DNA from: a virus | Lineage: Duplodnaviria > Heunggongvirae > Uroviricota > Caudoviricetes | DNA length: 64,000 bases | Direction: 5' to 3' (one strand) | Virus record (IMG/VR): IMGVR_UViG_3300029922_002860 | Shown: piece by piece, positions 29,601 to 37,647 of the stretch | How positions within the stretch are numbered: position 1 is the first letter of the stretch | Layout of the letters: every line of letters begins with the position of its first letter | The notes under the pieces: generated by a model | What the model saw: the letters and a program-made list of their open reading frames with translations, nothing else | The model's database searches: none | What the model was told of the DNA's origin: nothing | Made by a program: the position numbers and the translations under genes

Positions 29601-30164
29601 CAGGGCCGCCTGTTCGGCGATCCCGTGATTCATGATCTCGATGAAGAACTGGTCTTTGCCGAATATGTCGATGAATCGTTGGGTGGCGGCCGCGGTCTCC
29701 TGGGGCTTGTTCTGGAGGATCATCTGGGGGATCAGTCCCTGCATGCATCCCGAGAAAGCAATCAACCCCTCCTTGTGCTTGGCGAGGGTCTCGATGTCCG
29801 TGCGCGGCTTGTAATGGAACCCGTTCCGTTGCGAATCCGTGGAAAGCAGCATCAGGTTCCGGTACCCCTCTGCATTTCGCGCTACCAGGCCCATGTGGTA
29901 GGTCGGGTTCGTCTCAGAGTTGAGCTTCTTTAGCCGGGAATCGCCAGCCAGGTACATCTCGCACCCGATCACAGGGTGCAGCCCTGCCTTGGAAACCGCC
30001 TTGTAGAAGGCCGGAACGCCGGAAACGGTGCCATGGTCGGAAATGGCCACCGAGGTCATTCCAAGGGCCTTTACGCGATCAGCGAGCTTGTCGGCGCGGC
30101 AGGCCCCGTCGAGGGTCGAAAAGTCTGTGTGAACGTGAAGGTGAACGAAGTCGTCCATGGTCAC
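26601..30164 (-). CDS. dnaE: DNA polymerase III alpha subunit (DnaE family)
   Basis: N-terminal PHP domain (HLHVHTDFSTLDG), polymerase core, and OB-fold tail; 1187 aa. CCCATACTTAAC upstream of the GTG/ATG start. Confidence 0.9.
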   Translation of the reverse strand: MTMDDFVHLHVHTDFSTLDGACRADKLADRVKALGMTSVAISDHGTVSGVPAFYKAVSKAGLHPVIGCEMYLAGDSRLKKLNSETNPTYHMGLVARNAEGYRNLMLLSTDSQRNGFHYKPRTDIETLAKHKEGLIAFSGCMQGLIPQMILQNKPQETAAATQRFIDIFGKDQFFIEIMNHGIAEQAALITPLRELAKRFGLRTVASNDVHYIMQGHADAHDAMLCIQTGSKLSDPDRMRYDARQFWLKSPSEMGTLFSEMPDALTNTKVVADMCDLKIDFSGKHYPAFAQPEGFATSHQYLEYCCAKGVAKLYGIDYYSLSGASVPLAGLAIEPKGIPHPEAQKVADRLKHELDVIAKTGFTDYFLIVSDFVDHAKSKEISVGPGRGSGAGCMVAYSLGITAIDPYKYGLLFERFLNPERVSPPDLDIDFAEDRRGEVIEYVRQKYGEQCVSGIITFNTLGPRGALRDLCRVHSIPLADADKLAKLVSDDATDDLQHTYDYNAEFRGIVASSPTFRTIYEQAGIIEGMVRNPSKHASGVLISDKPLELAVPLARQGEEMLSAYDMNIVSDLGLLKMDFLGLKTLTVINHAQRFIREKEGFEKFSIETAPLDDEDTLKLIRTGRTVGVFQLESTGMQSLCRQIHITKFEEIAAANALFRPGPMDLIPEYIQGKNDPSSVTYMHPLLEPICRETYGIMVYQEQVMQAAQAVAGFSLGQADLLRRAMGKKKLEEMVKQRDVFVEGAARVNGIKAEDANKIFDVLERFAGYGFNKSHSVGYALLAYQTAYLKQHHPAEYMSALLTSEIGSTEKCAKFCQEVRAMGLDLLGPDVNHSKACFTPEGRGVRYGLSGIKTMGESAAEAIVRARDEHGPFASIDDLAARVDKREVNRRALEALIKTGAFNSVETNQGRLLARLDTVVANAEDARQAERSGQGLLFDMPEPAPVFVTGPAEADFPRSEALAAEKLYFGFYLSGHPLDDIIPLVSALSSHEPSELQTTHGNTHFRLCGLVSELTIKNAKKDGRQWAAFVLDTPHGGYPVHCYSDSFEKAYEIIRGDKPVVMSGRVLKGEDGVRLSMNDMVLLEDMTAAVVLGTTASVAGPEAGDFEERARSLEQRQKGGTVLEVTNTDSGKKFKGKVKMSLAALRTMFRHPSVVPDSFEVQVKPYKPEIPRLREGVMQNPFHRETTLV

Positions 30165-30179
30165 GTTAAGTATGGGAGG
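30165..30179 (-). promoter_or_regulatory. conserved upstream motif CTCCCATACTTAAC (class A variant) for dnaE
   Basis: Motif abuts the start codon. Confidence 0.45.
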
Positions 30180-30218
30180 TAGGGGCCAGCAAAGCTCCAG
30201 GGTGGAGGTGCTCTTACC

Positions 30219-30794
30219 TCAAAGTCCACGCTTGCTCTCGTCGTAGATGCGTTGTTTGAGCGCCGTCGTCGCCCTCTGGCAGCGAGCGTTTTCACGCCGC
30301 TGAAGCACTGTGACCCCAATTACATAGCCCACAATAGGACATGCGAAAAGGAGCAGGAACCCGTTGAGGTATTCGTGATAGCCAAAGCCGAGCATGATGC
30401 ATAGCGCACCCGCGATTCCGCCAATGAGAGCTGGCGCACCTCTGGCGTCCTTGGGGTAGTAGACCGAAGCATTTAGGTAGTAGTTGACCTTCGTTGTAAG
30501 GTTGCGGACACCGGCCAGCGCATCGCCCACAAAGACAAATCGCATCTCGTGTCCCGGCCGCGCCGCGATCACCACGTCATTGAAGGTAAAAAGAGACTCC
30601 GCCGGCTCAAAACCGTCCGGGTTCTTCACCCAGATTTCGGTAATTGTCCTGTGAGTGGACTGGGTGGACGAAGAGACGTATGTGTGGCCTCCCGACAATC
30701 TTGAGGAATGCGAGCTGCGCAGGTCCGAGTAATCCCTCGTGTTGAGCGAAATTACTGTGCCGTCGCGGCTCGTGATATTGGGTGAAGTGGTCAT
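30219..30794 (-). CDS. membrane protein (191 aa)
   Basis: C-terminal transmembrane helices. Starts 22 nt after the stop of the upstream gene. Confidence 0.4.
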   Translation of the reverse strand: MTTSPNITSRDGTVISLNTRDYSDLRSSHSSRLSGGHTYVSSSTQSTHRTITEIWVKNPDGFEPAESLFTFNDVVIAARPGHEMRFVFVGDALAGVRNLTTKVNYYLNASVYYPKDARGAPALIGGIAGALCIMLGFGYHEYLNGFLLLFACPIVGYVIGVTVLQRRENARCQRATTALKQRIYDESKRGL

Positions 30795-30815
30795 GAAATT
30801 TGCCTTGAATAGGCG

Positions 30816-31097
30816 TTACCGAATGCGCTCACAAACCGGGGTTGTGCGCCGCATCCTCTGGGAATAGGCCGAAACCCCGAGAAAGATAAGAACGGGGATC
30901 GCGAGCTTGTTGAAGTTCCACGACTGCGAAAACTCGCCGGTGAGGAGGTGCCCGATGGATCGGCTGAGGCCGCAGAAAGGGCAGGGCGAACCCGTGGCCA
31001 AATAGAAAGGGCAGAAAGGGATATATGGCGCGTGCGAAAGAACAAGCGCCACGCAGGTGATGGGGTAGCCCACGCAGAACAGGTAGACTCCCCACAC
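30816..31097 (-). CDS. DUF2752-like CxxC membrane protein (GTG start, start uncertain)
   Basis: CPFCGLSR motif and hydrophobic helices. The upstream part of ORF 30816..31472 was judged spurious. Confidence 0.4.
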   Translation of the reverse strand: MWGVYLFCVGYPITCVALVLSHAPYIPFCPFYLATGSPCPFCGLSRSIGHLLTGEFSQSWNFNKLAIPVLIFLGVSAYSQRMRRTTPVCERIR

Positions 31098-31110
31098 GAA
31101 GGACCTGGAG

Positions 31111-31365
31111 CTAGACCACCTTGATTTCGATAACCGAAACCTCGGGCAGGGTGGAGTAGTAGATGGCATAGATGATGAGTCCGATGCAGCAGCACAGGAA
31201 GCCAACGATGCCCAGTGCCACGTTGAACTTCTTCGGCTTGTGCATGGTCGCGAAAGTCTCGCTGCGATTGGCGACGGTGTACCCCCTTCCGATGTATTGG
31301 GAGATCGTGCTCTCCAGTTGCTCTTTCGTGGTGACCTTAACGGTCTGTGGTAGTTTTGATGCCAT
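31111..31365 (-). CDS. small membrane protein (84 aa)
   Basis: CCCCATAATTTATACAACAAGG upstream. Single transmembrane helix with a CCC motif. Confidence 0.5.
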   Translation of the reverse strand: MASKLPQTVKVTTKEQLESTISQYIGRGYTVANRSETFATMHKPKKFNVALGIVGFLCCCIGLIIYAIYYSTLPEVSVIEIKVV

Positions 31366-31504
31366 AGTGGTGCCTTGTTGTATAAATTATGGGGTGAACG
31401 AGGTCCAAAGTCGCGAGGCTCGCCACCGGTAGGAAAGAAAAAGGCCAGGCCCTCCGAGGGCATGGCCTTCAAGCTGTCAAAAGGTGGCCGGTATTTCTTG
31501 AGGG

Positions 31505-32437
31505 CTACTTGGCTCCTGCCGCCTTTTCGGTTGCCGTCGGCGACGTGTTGAAACTGCCGTTGCTCGGGGCTACGAGAGGCACGCCCATGGGGCCAACCGG
31601 GATGTAGATCGTCGTGTGGTTCGGGCTGTTTACCATCGCAAGCTGGGCTTTCACCGCCTCGTACTGGATGTACTCCGGCGTAAGCTTTGCATTTATGGTG
31701 TCCATGGCCTGGGCGATGCCCTTCGCCTCCTCCTCCTTCTGAGACGCTTGCGCGGTCACGATCTTGAGCATCGTGGCCTGCCGCTCATAATCCTGCTGAG
31801 CCGCGATCTTGTTCGCCACGGCCTGCGTGACATTGGGCGGGTACTGGATGTTGCCGACAACGAGGTTCAGTATCTTGAACGGCGTTCCCTTGAGGTTTGC
31901 CTCGACGACCTTTCTGACGTTCGCCGTTACGGTCTCGATGTTGTCCTGCACAGTCAGTCCGTCATACTTCGAAAGCTCAGCTCGCGCGGCCGTGCGAGCG
32001 GGCTCTTTGACGAAGTTGTTGTAGGCCGTCTGGACAATCGAATCAGGTGCATTCGACCCGTCCGGGCTCAGTGTAGAGAACTTCTCTACGAAGGGCTGGA
32101 CCAGAGTGGCGTCGATCTGGAACGTGATGTGCATGCTGAACGAGAGCGCCAACTGGTCCTTGGCGAGCACCCCCGTGTTGTTGGCAACGAGGAACTCCTC
32201 GTCGTAGGTGTAGGGAGTTACGCTGATGTTCGTCACCGCCAGCAGGAAGCCCAGGCCGGAACTGGTTGGGCCTACCTGCAAGCTGTCGAACTTGGCTGCG
32301 CCAGTTATGGAGCCTTTGGTGACGTACCCAACGTACCCCGGAGGGGTCTCGACGTTATGGAAGCCGCAGCCCGAAAGCGTGAGGCAAAGAATCGCGGCCA
32401 CAGGCGCCAGCATTCGGCTAATGGATGGAGTTTTCAT
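31505..32437 (-). CDS. SPFH/band-7 (prohibitin/HflK-like) domain lipoprotein
   Basis: Lipobox LTLSGC. Central SPFH-like region followed by a coiled-coil/Ala-Gln-rich tail. Confidence 0.65.
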   Translation of the reverse strand: MKTPSISRMLAPVAAILCLTLSGCGFHNVETPPGYVGYVTKGSITGAAKFDSLQVGPTSSGLGFLLAVTNISVTPYTYDEEFLVANNTGVLAKDQLALSFSMHITFQIDATLVQPFVEKFSTLSPDGSNAPDSIVQTAYNNFVKEPARTAARAELSKYDGLTVQDNIETVTANVRKVVEANLKGTPFKILNLVVGNIQYPPNVTQAVANKIAAQQDYERQATMLKIVTAQASQKEEEAKGIAQAMDTINAKLTPEYIQYEAVKAQLAMVNSPNHTTIYIPVGPMGVPLVAPSNGSFNTSPTATEKAAGAK

Positions 32438-32481
32438 GGTAAGGAAACTTGGAAGGGTGCTTGTTGCGCTCGGAATCGGAC

Positions 32482-33495
32482 CTAGATCGCTGTCTCAGGT
32501 TTTGACGCCTGTGCCCCAAGGAGGACCGCGCCGGAATTGGCGTAAGTCTCCCACCACGGGGCGTTGCTCTTCGTGAGGTACTGGAGGAACCGCAGCTTTG
32601 TGCCGGACACCGTCACCTTGTGGGCGAGGAATGTCGCCCGGCTGTAGGCTTCCCATTTTCCCGTGTCACCCGATACCTCGCGAAGCGCTGCGGCTTCCCG
32701 GTGCAGGCCGGCTCCGTCGAGCGCCGCGCACGTGCGGGTCATGGACTCCCCCCGGACATTTATCACTTCCGCCCAGACGTGCTCGCACTTGTCCGTGCGA
32801 ATCGCCTGGGTGATGTCGCGAGAGAACGCCTCGTAGTCGTCGCACGGAAGGCTCGGGCAGATCATCCCAAAGGTCCTGTAGCCGTCGTCCTGGAGGGAGT
32901 GTAGGGACTCGATGCGCTTCGACACGAGAGGCGTGCCACCCTCGATGACGCGAGCCAGGTTGTCGTCCAGAGTGCCGGTTGACACCCCGTAGATGACCCG
33001 CGCACGTCCGGCGTCTCCGAGATGTTCGGCTATGAAAGGAAGGAGGTTGGACTTCGAAAGGAGTCGAATCTGCCAATTGGTGAGCGAAAGGATGAGCTTG
33101 CAGGCTTCGACGGTCTCTTTCGCCAACTCGACGTTGGCGGCCACGTCCACCAAGGGGGACGAATAGATGACCCGCCGGTCGCCCTCGGCCTTGAATTTGG
33201 GGCGGCCTTTTGTGTCGAGGAGCTGCTCCTCCATGCGCTTGACTGCGTCCGTGCGCCTCAGGACCAACTCGTGGTGCGCCTTCTTGTGCGTGACCATGGC
33301 CTCCTGCACCGCCGGGAGCTTAACCATCATGGCGGGGACGTAGCAGAATGCGCAGCTGTACACGCATCCGGTGCCAAGACTGAAAGTCGGACCATCACAG
33401 AGCAGCTTCTCCTTGAATCCGCTGTGCAGGTTGATGACCTTTCGGATGTCGTGATAGAGAACGGGCTTCCCCTGGATTGTAGCCGTGACGTTCAT
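32482..33495 (-). CDS. radical SAM enzyme (SplB/DNA-photolyase-like family)
   Basis: CVYSCAFC (Cx3Cx2C) motif. Internal start with GCCATCTGG 36 nt upstream. Confidence 0.6.
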   Translation of the reverse strand: MNVTATIQGKPVLYHDIRKVINLHSGFKEKLLCDGPTFSLGTGCVYSCAFCYVPAMMVKLPAVQEAMVTHKKAHHELVLRRTDAVKRMEEQLLDTKGRPKFKAEGDRRVIYSSPLVDVAANVELAKETVEACKLILSLTNWQIRLLSKSNLLPFIAEHLGDAGRARVIYGVSTGTLDDNLARVIEGGTPLVSKRIESLHSLQDDGYRTFGMICPSLPCDDYEAFSRDITQAIRTDKCEHVWAEVINVRGESMTRTCAALDGAGLHREAAALREVSGDTGKWEAYSRATFLAHKVTVSGTKLRFLQYLTKSNAPWWETYANSGAVLLGAQASKPETAI

Positions 33496-33523
33496 AGTGG
33501 ATTGGTAAGAGCGATTTCGCCCG

Positions 33524-33766
33524 TTACCAGATGGCTTCCCATTCGGAGCACTTGGATCTGGCGGGCACCTCAAACGGCACCCCGGGTGAACCTTCAGTCG
33601 AAAATGGTTTCTTCTTCATCTCCGAAAACGCCCTTGATCCTCCGTGGCACATTCCGCGGCCGCCATTCACGGTCCTCACACCCCTGTAATGGGTACATGA
33701 AACGCAGCGTCCTGGGGTAGGACCTCCGGTCGTGACATGTACCGTGATTTTGAGGGGCCTTGGCAT
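33524..33766 (-). CDS. small Cys-rich protein (80 aa)
   Basis: CVSCTHYRG...CHGG pattern. Lies between the ParB-like gene and the radical SAM gene. Confidence 0.3.
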   Translation of the reverse strand: MPRPLKITVHVTTGGPTPGRCVSCTHYRGVRTVNGGRGMCHGGSRAFSEMKKKPFSTEGSPGVPFEVPARSKCSEWEAIW

Positions 33767-33772
33767 CGGCGA

Positions 33773-34714
33773 TCAGGCGCAAAGCGGCTCAGGCTGGGGT
33801 ACGTCCGCAAGTATGAGCTTGGGGAGGTAGAAGTTGGCGGGGACCTTGGACTCGAATAGCTCCTCCATGATTGGAGTAATGCGGCCCTTGGCGGCGTCGC
33901 GGAGCCAGCCCAGCCCCTCGCCCGTGATGCGCAGGTGCTTGATGTGGTCCCCGCGGAGCCTGGCGCAAATGGCGTGGCAGACCTTGTAGTGGACAGTGTC
34001 CATGCTGTCGCGGGAGGTCGGGTTCAGCTGCTCCGCGAGATAGAGGTGAAGGGCTCGGATCGGGTCGCGGTCCGTGAAGCCCACTGCGTCCTTCAGCTGC
34101 GCAACGATCAGGTCCGCCATTGATGGATTCACGATTCGCGCGAGCACGAGAGTGGAGATCACCGGGCGCGGGGCCATCTTCCTTAGGCGCTTCTTGTATT
34201 CGGTGACGGCGATGACCTCGGGCTCGATGTTCCTAAGGATCGCGTTGATATGGGACGACCTGAGGCCGCCCGTCTCTCGGTGGAACCCTAACGCATAGCG
34301 GGCTGTGCTGCTGCACACGGACGCGACCAGGGTCGGGTCCGTGAGGTCGGTGCGGGTTGTCGAGAGAATGTCGCCGAACGTCCGTACCGGCCCCTGGCCG
34401 ATCACGGCAAACTCGTCGGGTTCGCACCCCCAGACGACAGTCATCTCAACTGTCGCCCCAGAATTCACTATAGCCCAAAGACGGTGCTGCCCGTCGATCA
34501 ATGTCTCCTTCTGCGATTTGCCCTCGCTATCGACGTAGGGGTGGCAGAACTGAATGGCCTCGGAGGTCAGCTTCCACTCGCCGCGCTTCATGGCGGCCGT
34601 GTACCTCTCTACGACATTGTTCCGGATCGGGCGGTTGTGGGTGTTGCTGTTGAGCCACCGCTGGGCCATCTCAGGCGTCACGGACAGCGTCTTGGTCTTT
34701 CGAATGTTGCTCAT
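33773..34714 (-). CDS. ParB/sulfiredoxin-like N-terminal nuclease domain protein
   Basis: IDGQHRLWAI motif. Confidence 0.6.
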   Translation of the reverse strand: MSNIRKTKTLSVTPEMAQRWLNSNTHNRPIRNNVVERYTAAMKRGEWKLTSEAIQFCHPYVDSEGKSQKETLIDGQHRLWAIVNSGATVEMTVVWGCEPDEFAVIGQGPVRTFGDILSTTRTDLTDPTLVASVCSSTARYALGFHRETGGLRSSHINAILRNIEPEVIAVTEYKKRLRKMAPRPVISTLVLARIVNPSMADLIVAQLKDAVGFTDRDPIRALHLYLAEQLNPTSRDSMDTVHYKVCHAICARLRGDHIKHLRITGEGLGWLRDAAKGRITPIMEELFESKVPANFYLPKLILADVPQPEPLCA

Positions 34715-34773
34715 GGGGAGGATTGGTTAGGCCGGAAGGGTTTCGCGTCGATGGAATCAGGCTCACGATGGGG

Positions 34774-34983
34774 TCACGCCCACGCTCCGCGGACATCGCC
34801 AACAGGGGTCCGAAAACTGCGACCTGCTGCGCGAGTGTGAAGGAAGCCGCCCTCAACCTTGACGATCTCTCCCTCGACGCTCTCGACCAGAAACGGCTTG
34901 CCGTTCACGCGGAGGCATCCGTTCAAGACTGAAACCGTGTCGGTATCCGACAGGCGCACGGGGGATTCAGCGTCGGTATTCAT
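34774..34983 (-). CDS. small hypothetical protein (69 aa)
   Basis: GC3-rich ORF preceded by a GTCGGC-loop-GCCGAC hairpin. Confidence 0.3.
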   Translation of the reverse strand: MNTDAESPVRLSDTDTVSVLNGCLRVNGKPFLVESVEGEIVKVEGGFLHTRAAGRSFRTPVGDVRGAWA

Positions 34984-35084
34984 GAGGGTCAATGTGTCGG
35001 CGCAAAGGGCCGACGATAGATCATCGGCAGTGAGGCGACGATTTCAACGGGTGTTCGTCGCCCCACGAATTTTCGCAGGGGAAA

Positions 35085-36629
35085 CTAGAGGAGTTCCGCA
35101 GCACGCTCGGACATTTCCGAACGCTCGCCCTTCACCAGGCTAATCGAGGCGAAGAAGGGCTCATTGCGCATCCGCTTGATGAGGTAGACCAACCCGTTCG
35201 AGTACCGGTCCACGTAGGGGTTGTCGATCTGGGCCGGGTCGCCCATGAAGATCAGCTTCGAGCCCTCGGCCATGCGTGTGGCGATGGTCTTTACCTCCTG
35301 TGGTGTAAGTTGTTGGCTTTCATCGACTATGAAGATTGCATTTGGGATCGAGCGGCCCCGGATGTATGTGAGGGGCTCGATAGTCACGACGCCCGAGGCC
35401 AGAAGCCTCTCGTGCGGCTTCATCGGCGGCTTGCCACCGTTGCCGTACCCCTCCCCCCGGGGGGCCTCAAATGACGGGCCTTCGAACCCCCGCTGACCCT
35501 TCCCCCTGTTCTTCTTGCCAACGGGCTTCCCTGCAAACTGCGGCTCTACCGGACGGCGCAGGGGCATTAGGTACTGCAAAGCGTCGTAGTACGGTGCCAG
35601 CCAGGGCTTCATCTTCTCCTCCATGGTGCCGGGCAGGAACCCAAGGTCCTTGCCAAGCGCCATGATCGCGCGGGTGATGAGGAGCTGGTCGTACCGCGGA
35701 TTCGGCCCCATTACCTGGGCGAGCGCGCCGGCGACGGCCAGAAGGGTCTTCCCCGTGCCCGCTTTGCCCTTCACAGCAATGAGGGTGATTTCGGGGTTGA
35801 AGATCGCGTCCAGGAGGAACTGCTGCTCAAGGTTCCGCGGTCGAATGCTTTGGCTCCCATCAAACCGGACTGCGTCGGGGTAGGATAGGGCGACGACCCT
35901 GGAGTCGGAAACAGCCCTCCCTGGCATGCCGCTCCCGCCCTCGTCGGGGCTCAGCAGGACGTACTCGTTGCAACCGAGCTTCCGGTCCTCGTTGTATTCG
36001 AGGTCGATAGCCTTGTTGCTCGCGAAGCTTTGCAAAGCGTGCCGCTCCACCGTCATCTCGGTGTGCTCGGTCTTCACGTCATTGTCGCCCACCTTGTCGT
36101 TGAGGTAATCCTCGGCATCAAGGCCGACAGCCCGGGCCTTGAGCTGCATGTTCACGTCTTTCGTGACAAGGATGACCGGTGGCTTTGAGGTGCTCTTGAT
36201 GTAGAGCGCGGTCTCGATAATGCTGTTATCCATCTTGTACGAATCACGCAGGACACTGTGGGCTCCCGGAGGAAGTTCGAAGTTTCCGGGCCGGATCGAG
36301 ATCGAGATATTGCCACCATGCGGCAGGCGCGCTCCCTCGGCCATAGTCCGCTTGTCGGGGAACAGTTCGGCGAGAAAGCGGGCGACCTGGCGGGCGTTGC
36401 GGCCACGCTCACTGTCCGTTTCTGTCTTGATGTGGTCCAGCTCTTCAAGGACCTCGACCGGGATCGCCACCGTGTTATCCTTCTCGAAGTTGAAGATCGC
36501 GCGCGGATCGTGGATGAGAACGCACGTGTCCAATATATAGGACTTAACGCGCGTACCTGTATGTCTAGCTGCTAACTTGGAATTAGTTACATAGGTCTGC
36601 GCAGAACCATCGAGCGTAACTGTCTTCAT
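35085..36629 (-). CDS. phoH: PhoH-like ATPase with N-terminal PIN domain
   Basis: PIN motif YILDTCVLIHDP. P-loop AVKGKAGTGKT. PhoH-like C-terminus. Unusual roughly 75-nt AT-rich leader after the CCCCCCATCTTAG motif. Confidence 0.85.
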   Translation of the reverse strand: MKTVTLDGSAQTYVTNSKLAARHTGTRVKSYILDTCVLIHDPRAIFNFEKDNTVAIPVEVLEELDHIKTETDSERGRNARQVARFLAELFPDKRTMAEGARLPHGGNISISIRPGNFELPPGAHSVLRDSYKMDNSIIETALYIKSTSKPPVILVTKDVNMQLKARAVGLDAEDYLNDKVGDNDVKTEHTEMTVERHALQSFASNKAIDLEYNEDRKLGCNEYVLLSPDEGGSGMPGRAVSDSRVVALSYPDAVRFDGSQSIRPRNLEQQFLLDAIFNPEITLIAVKGKAGTGKTLLAVAGALAQVMGPNPRYDQLLITRAIMALGKDLGFLPGTMEEKMKPWLAPYYDALQYLMPLRRPVEPQFAGKPVGKKNRGKGQRGFEGPSFEAPRGEGYGNGGKPPMKPHERLLASGVVTIEPLTYIRGRSIPNAIFIVDESQQLTPQEVKTIATRMAEGSKLIFMGDPAQIDNPYVDRYSNGLVYLIKRMRNEPFFASISLVKGERSEMSERAAELL

Positions 36630-36695
36630 AGTATTTTGAATTTTCTGTGCTCTAAACTTGTGTGGCCACTTTGTAGTTGGTGGTGAGTTGAACGG

Positions 36696-36878
36696 TTAAA
36701 CTAAGATGGGGGGGTGCGAAGGAGTCCCGGGCGCTCCGTGAAAAGCGAAAGGTCGGACATCCACCTCGTTCCCGACCTGGAGATCCCTGCCAACGCGGCT
36801 TCGCTCGATGTCGGCGACAGGGGACCCAGATACTGCGGCGGAGAAGATTGCTCCCGAATGGGCGCTGGGCTGATTCAT
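36696..36878 (-). CDS. small hypothetical protein (60 aa)
   Basis: CCCCATAATTATATCAGCCA then ATG. Its last codons (PPIL) coincide with the phoH upstream motif. Confidence 0.3.
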   Translation of the reverse strand: MNQPSAHSGAIFSAAVSGSPVADIERSRVGRDLQVGNEVDVRPFAFHGAPGTPSHPPILV

Positions 36879-36926
36879 TGGCTGATATAATTATGGGGAG
36901 AAGCAGCCGGGGATTCGTTCGGTCGA

Positions 36927-37604
36927 TTACGTGAATTCCTGAAAACTTTGCGGAACCGAAGGGTTGCTTAGTTTGCGTAAACCAGCCTTGGGGAACAGAT
37001 TCGGTTGGGATGGCGAGCTGGCCTGGCCCAAGGCTGCCATCTCCTCGCGGTGCTTGCTCGTGGTGTGGAGCGTAGCGGTGCGGAGACACTCAGATGGATC
37101 GGCTGTTAGTCGGGGAAGCGTGTCGCCCCGGCCGCGTTCCTCCGAAAGAAGCAAACCGTCCTTGCACAGTACAATCAGTCGGCCCTTCGCCCCGCCGTCT
37201 CGGTAGTCCCATTGGTGGACCGCATCACCGTCGCGCGGGGAGATGACCGGAAATCCTGCGGCGCGGGCGAGGATTTCGACCGCGAGGTAGTCCATCTTAT
37301 GGGGCGGCAGGTCGTCTCCTAGGCCGTAGTACCCGAGGTCCCTTTGCTGTACAAGGGCCTCCTTGTCGAATCCCACCACCTCGACATAGCGCCCATCCAT
37401 GCGCGAAAGCTGACTGATCGGCAAACGTCCGCGTGCGAATTCCTGGCGAATTACGAAGCCGGTTTCGATGCCTTCAGGAAGGCGAGCTTCTGCAACCTCT
37501 CCACCTATCGCCGACGACACCCTAAGCGGAGGGCGCGAACCAGGGAGGGTCCAAAGACTCTCTCCGGGTGCTAGTCGAAAACTGGCCGGAGTTGCTGTGC
37601 TCAC
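36927..37604 (-). CDS. hypothetical protein (225 aa, GTG start)
   Basis: CCCCCCCATACTTAATTT then GTG. Confidence 0.45.
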   Translation of the reverse strand: MSTATPASFRLAPGESLWTLPGSRPPLRVSSAIGGEVAEARLPEGIETGFVIRQEFARGRLPISQLSRMDGRYVEVVGFDKEALVQQRDLGYYGLGDDLPPHKMDYLAVEILARAAGFPVISPRDGDAVHQWDYRDGGAKGRLIVLCKDGLLLSEERGRGDTLPRLTADPSECLRTATLHTTSKHREEMAALGQASSPSQPNLFPKAGLRKLSNPSVPQSFQEFT

Positions 37605-37647
37605 AAATTAAGTATGGGGGGGCTGACCTGGGCACCTGTTCAGCTAC

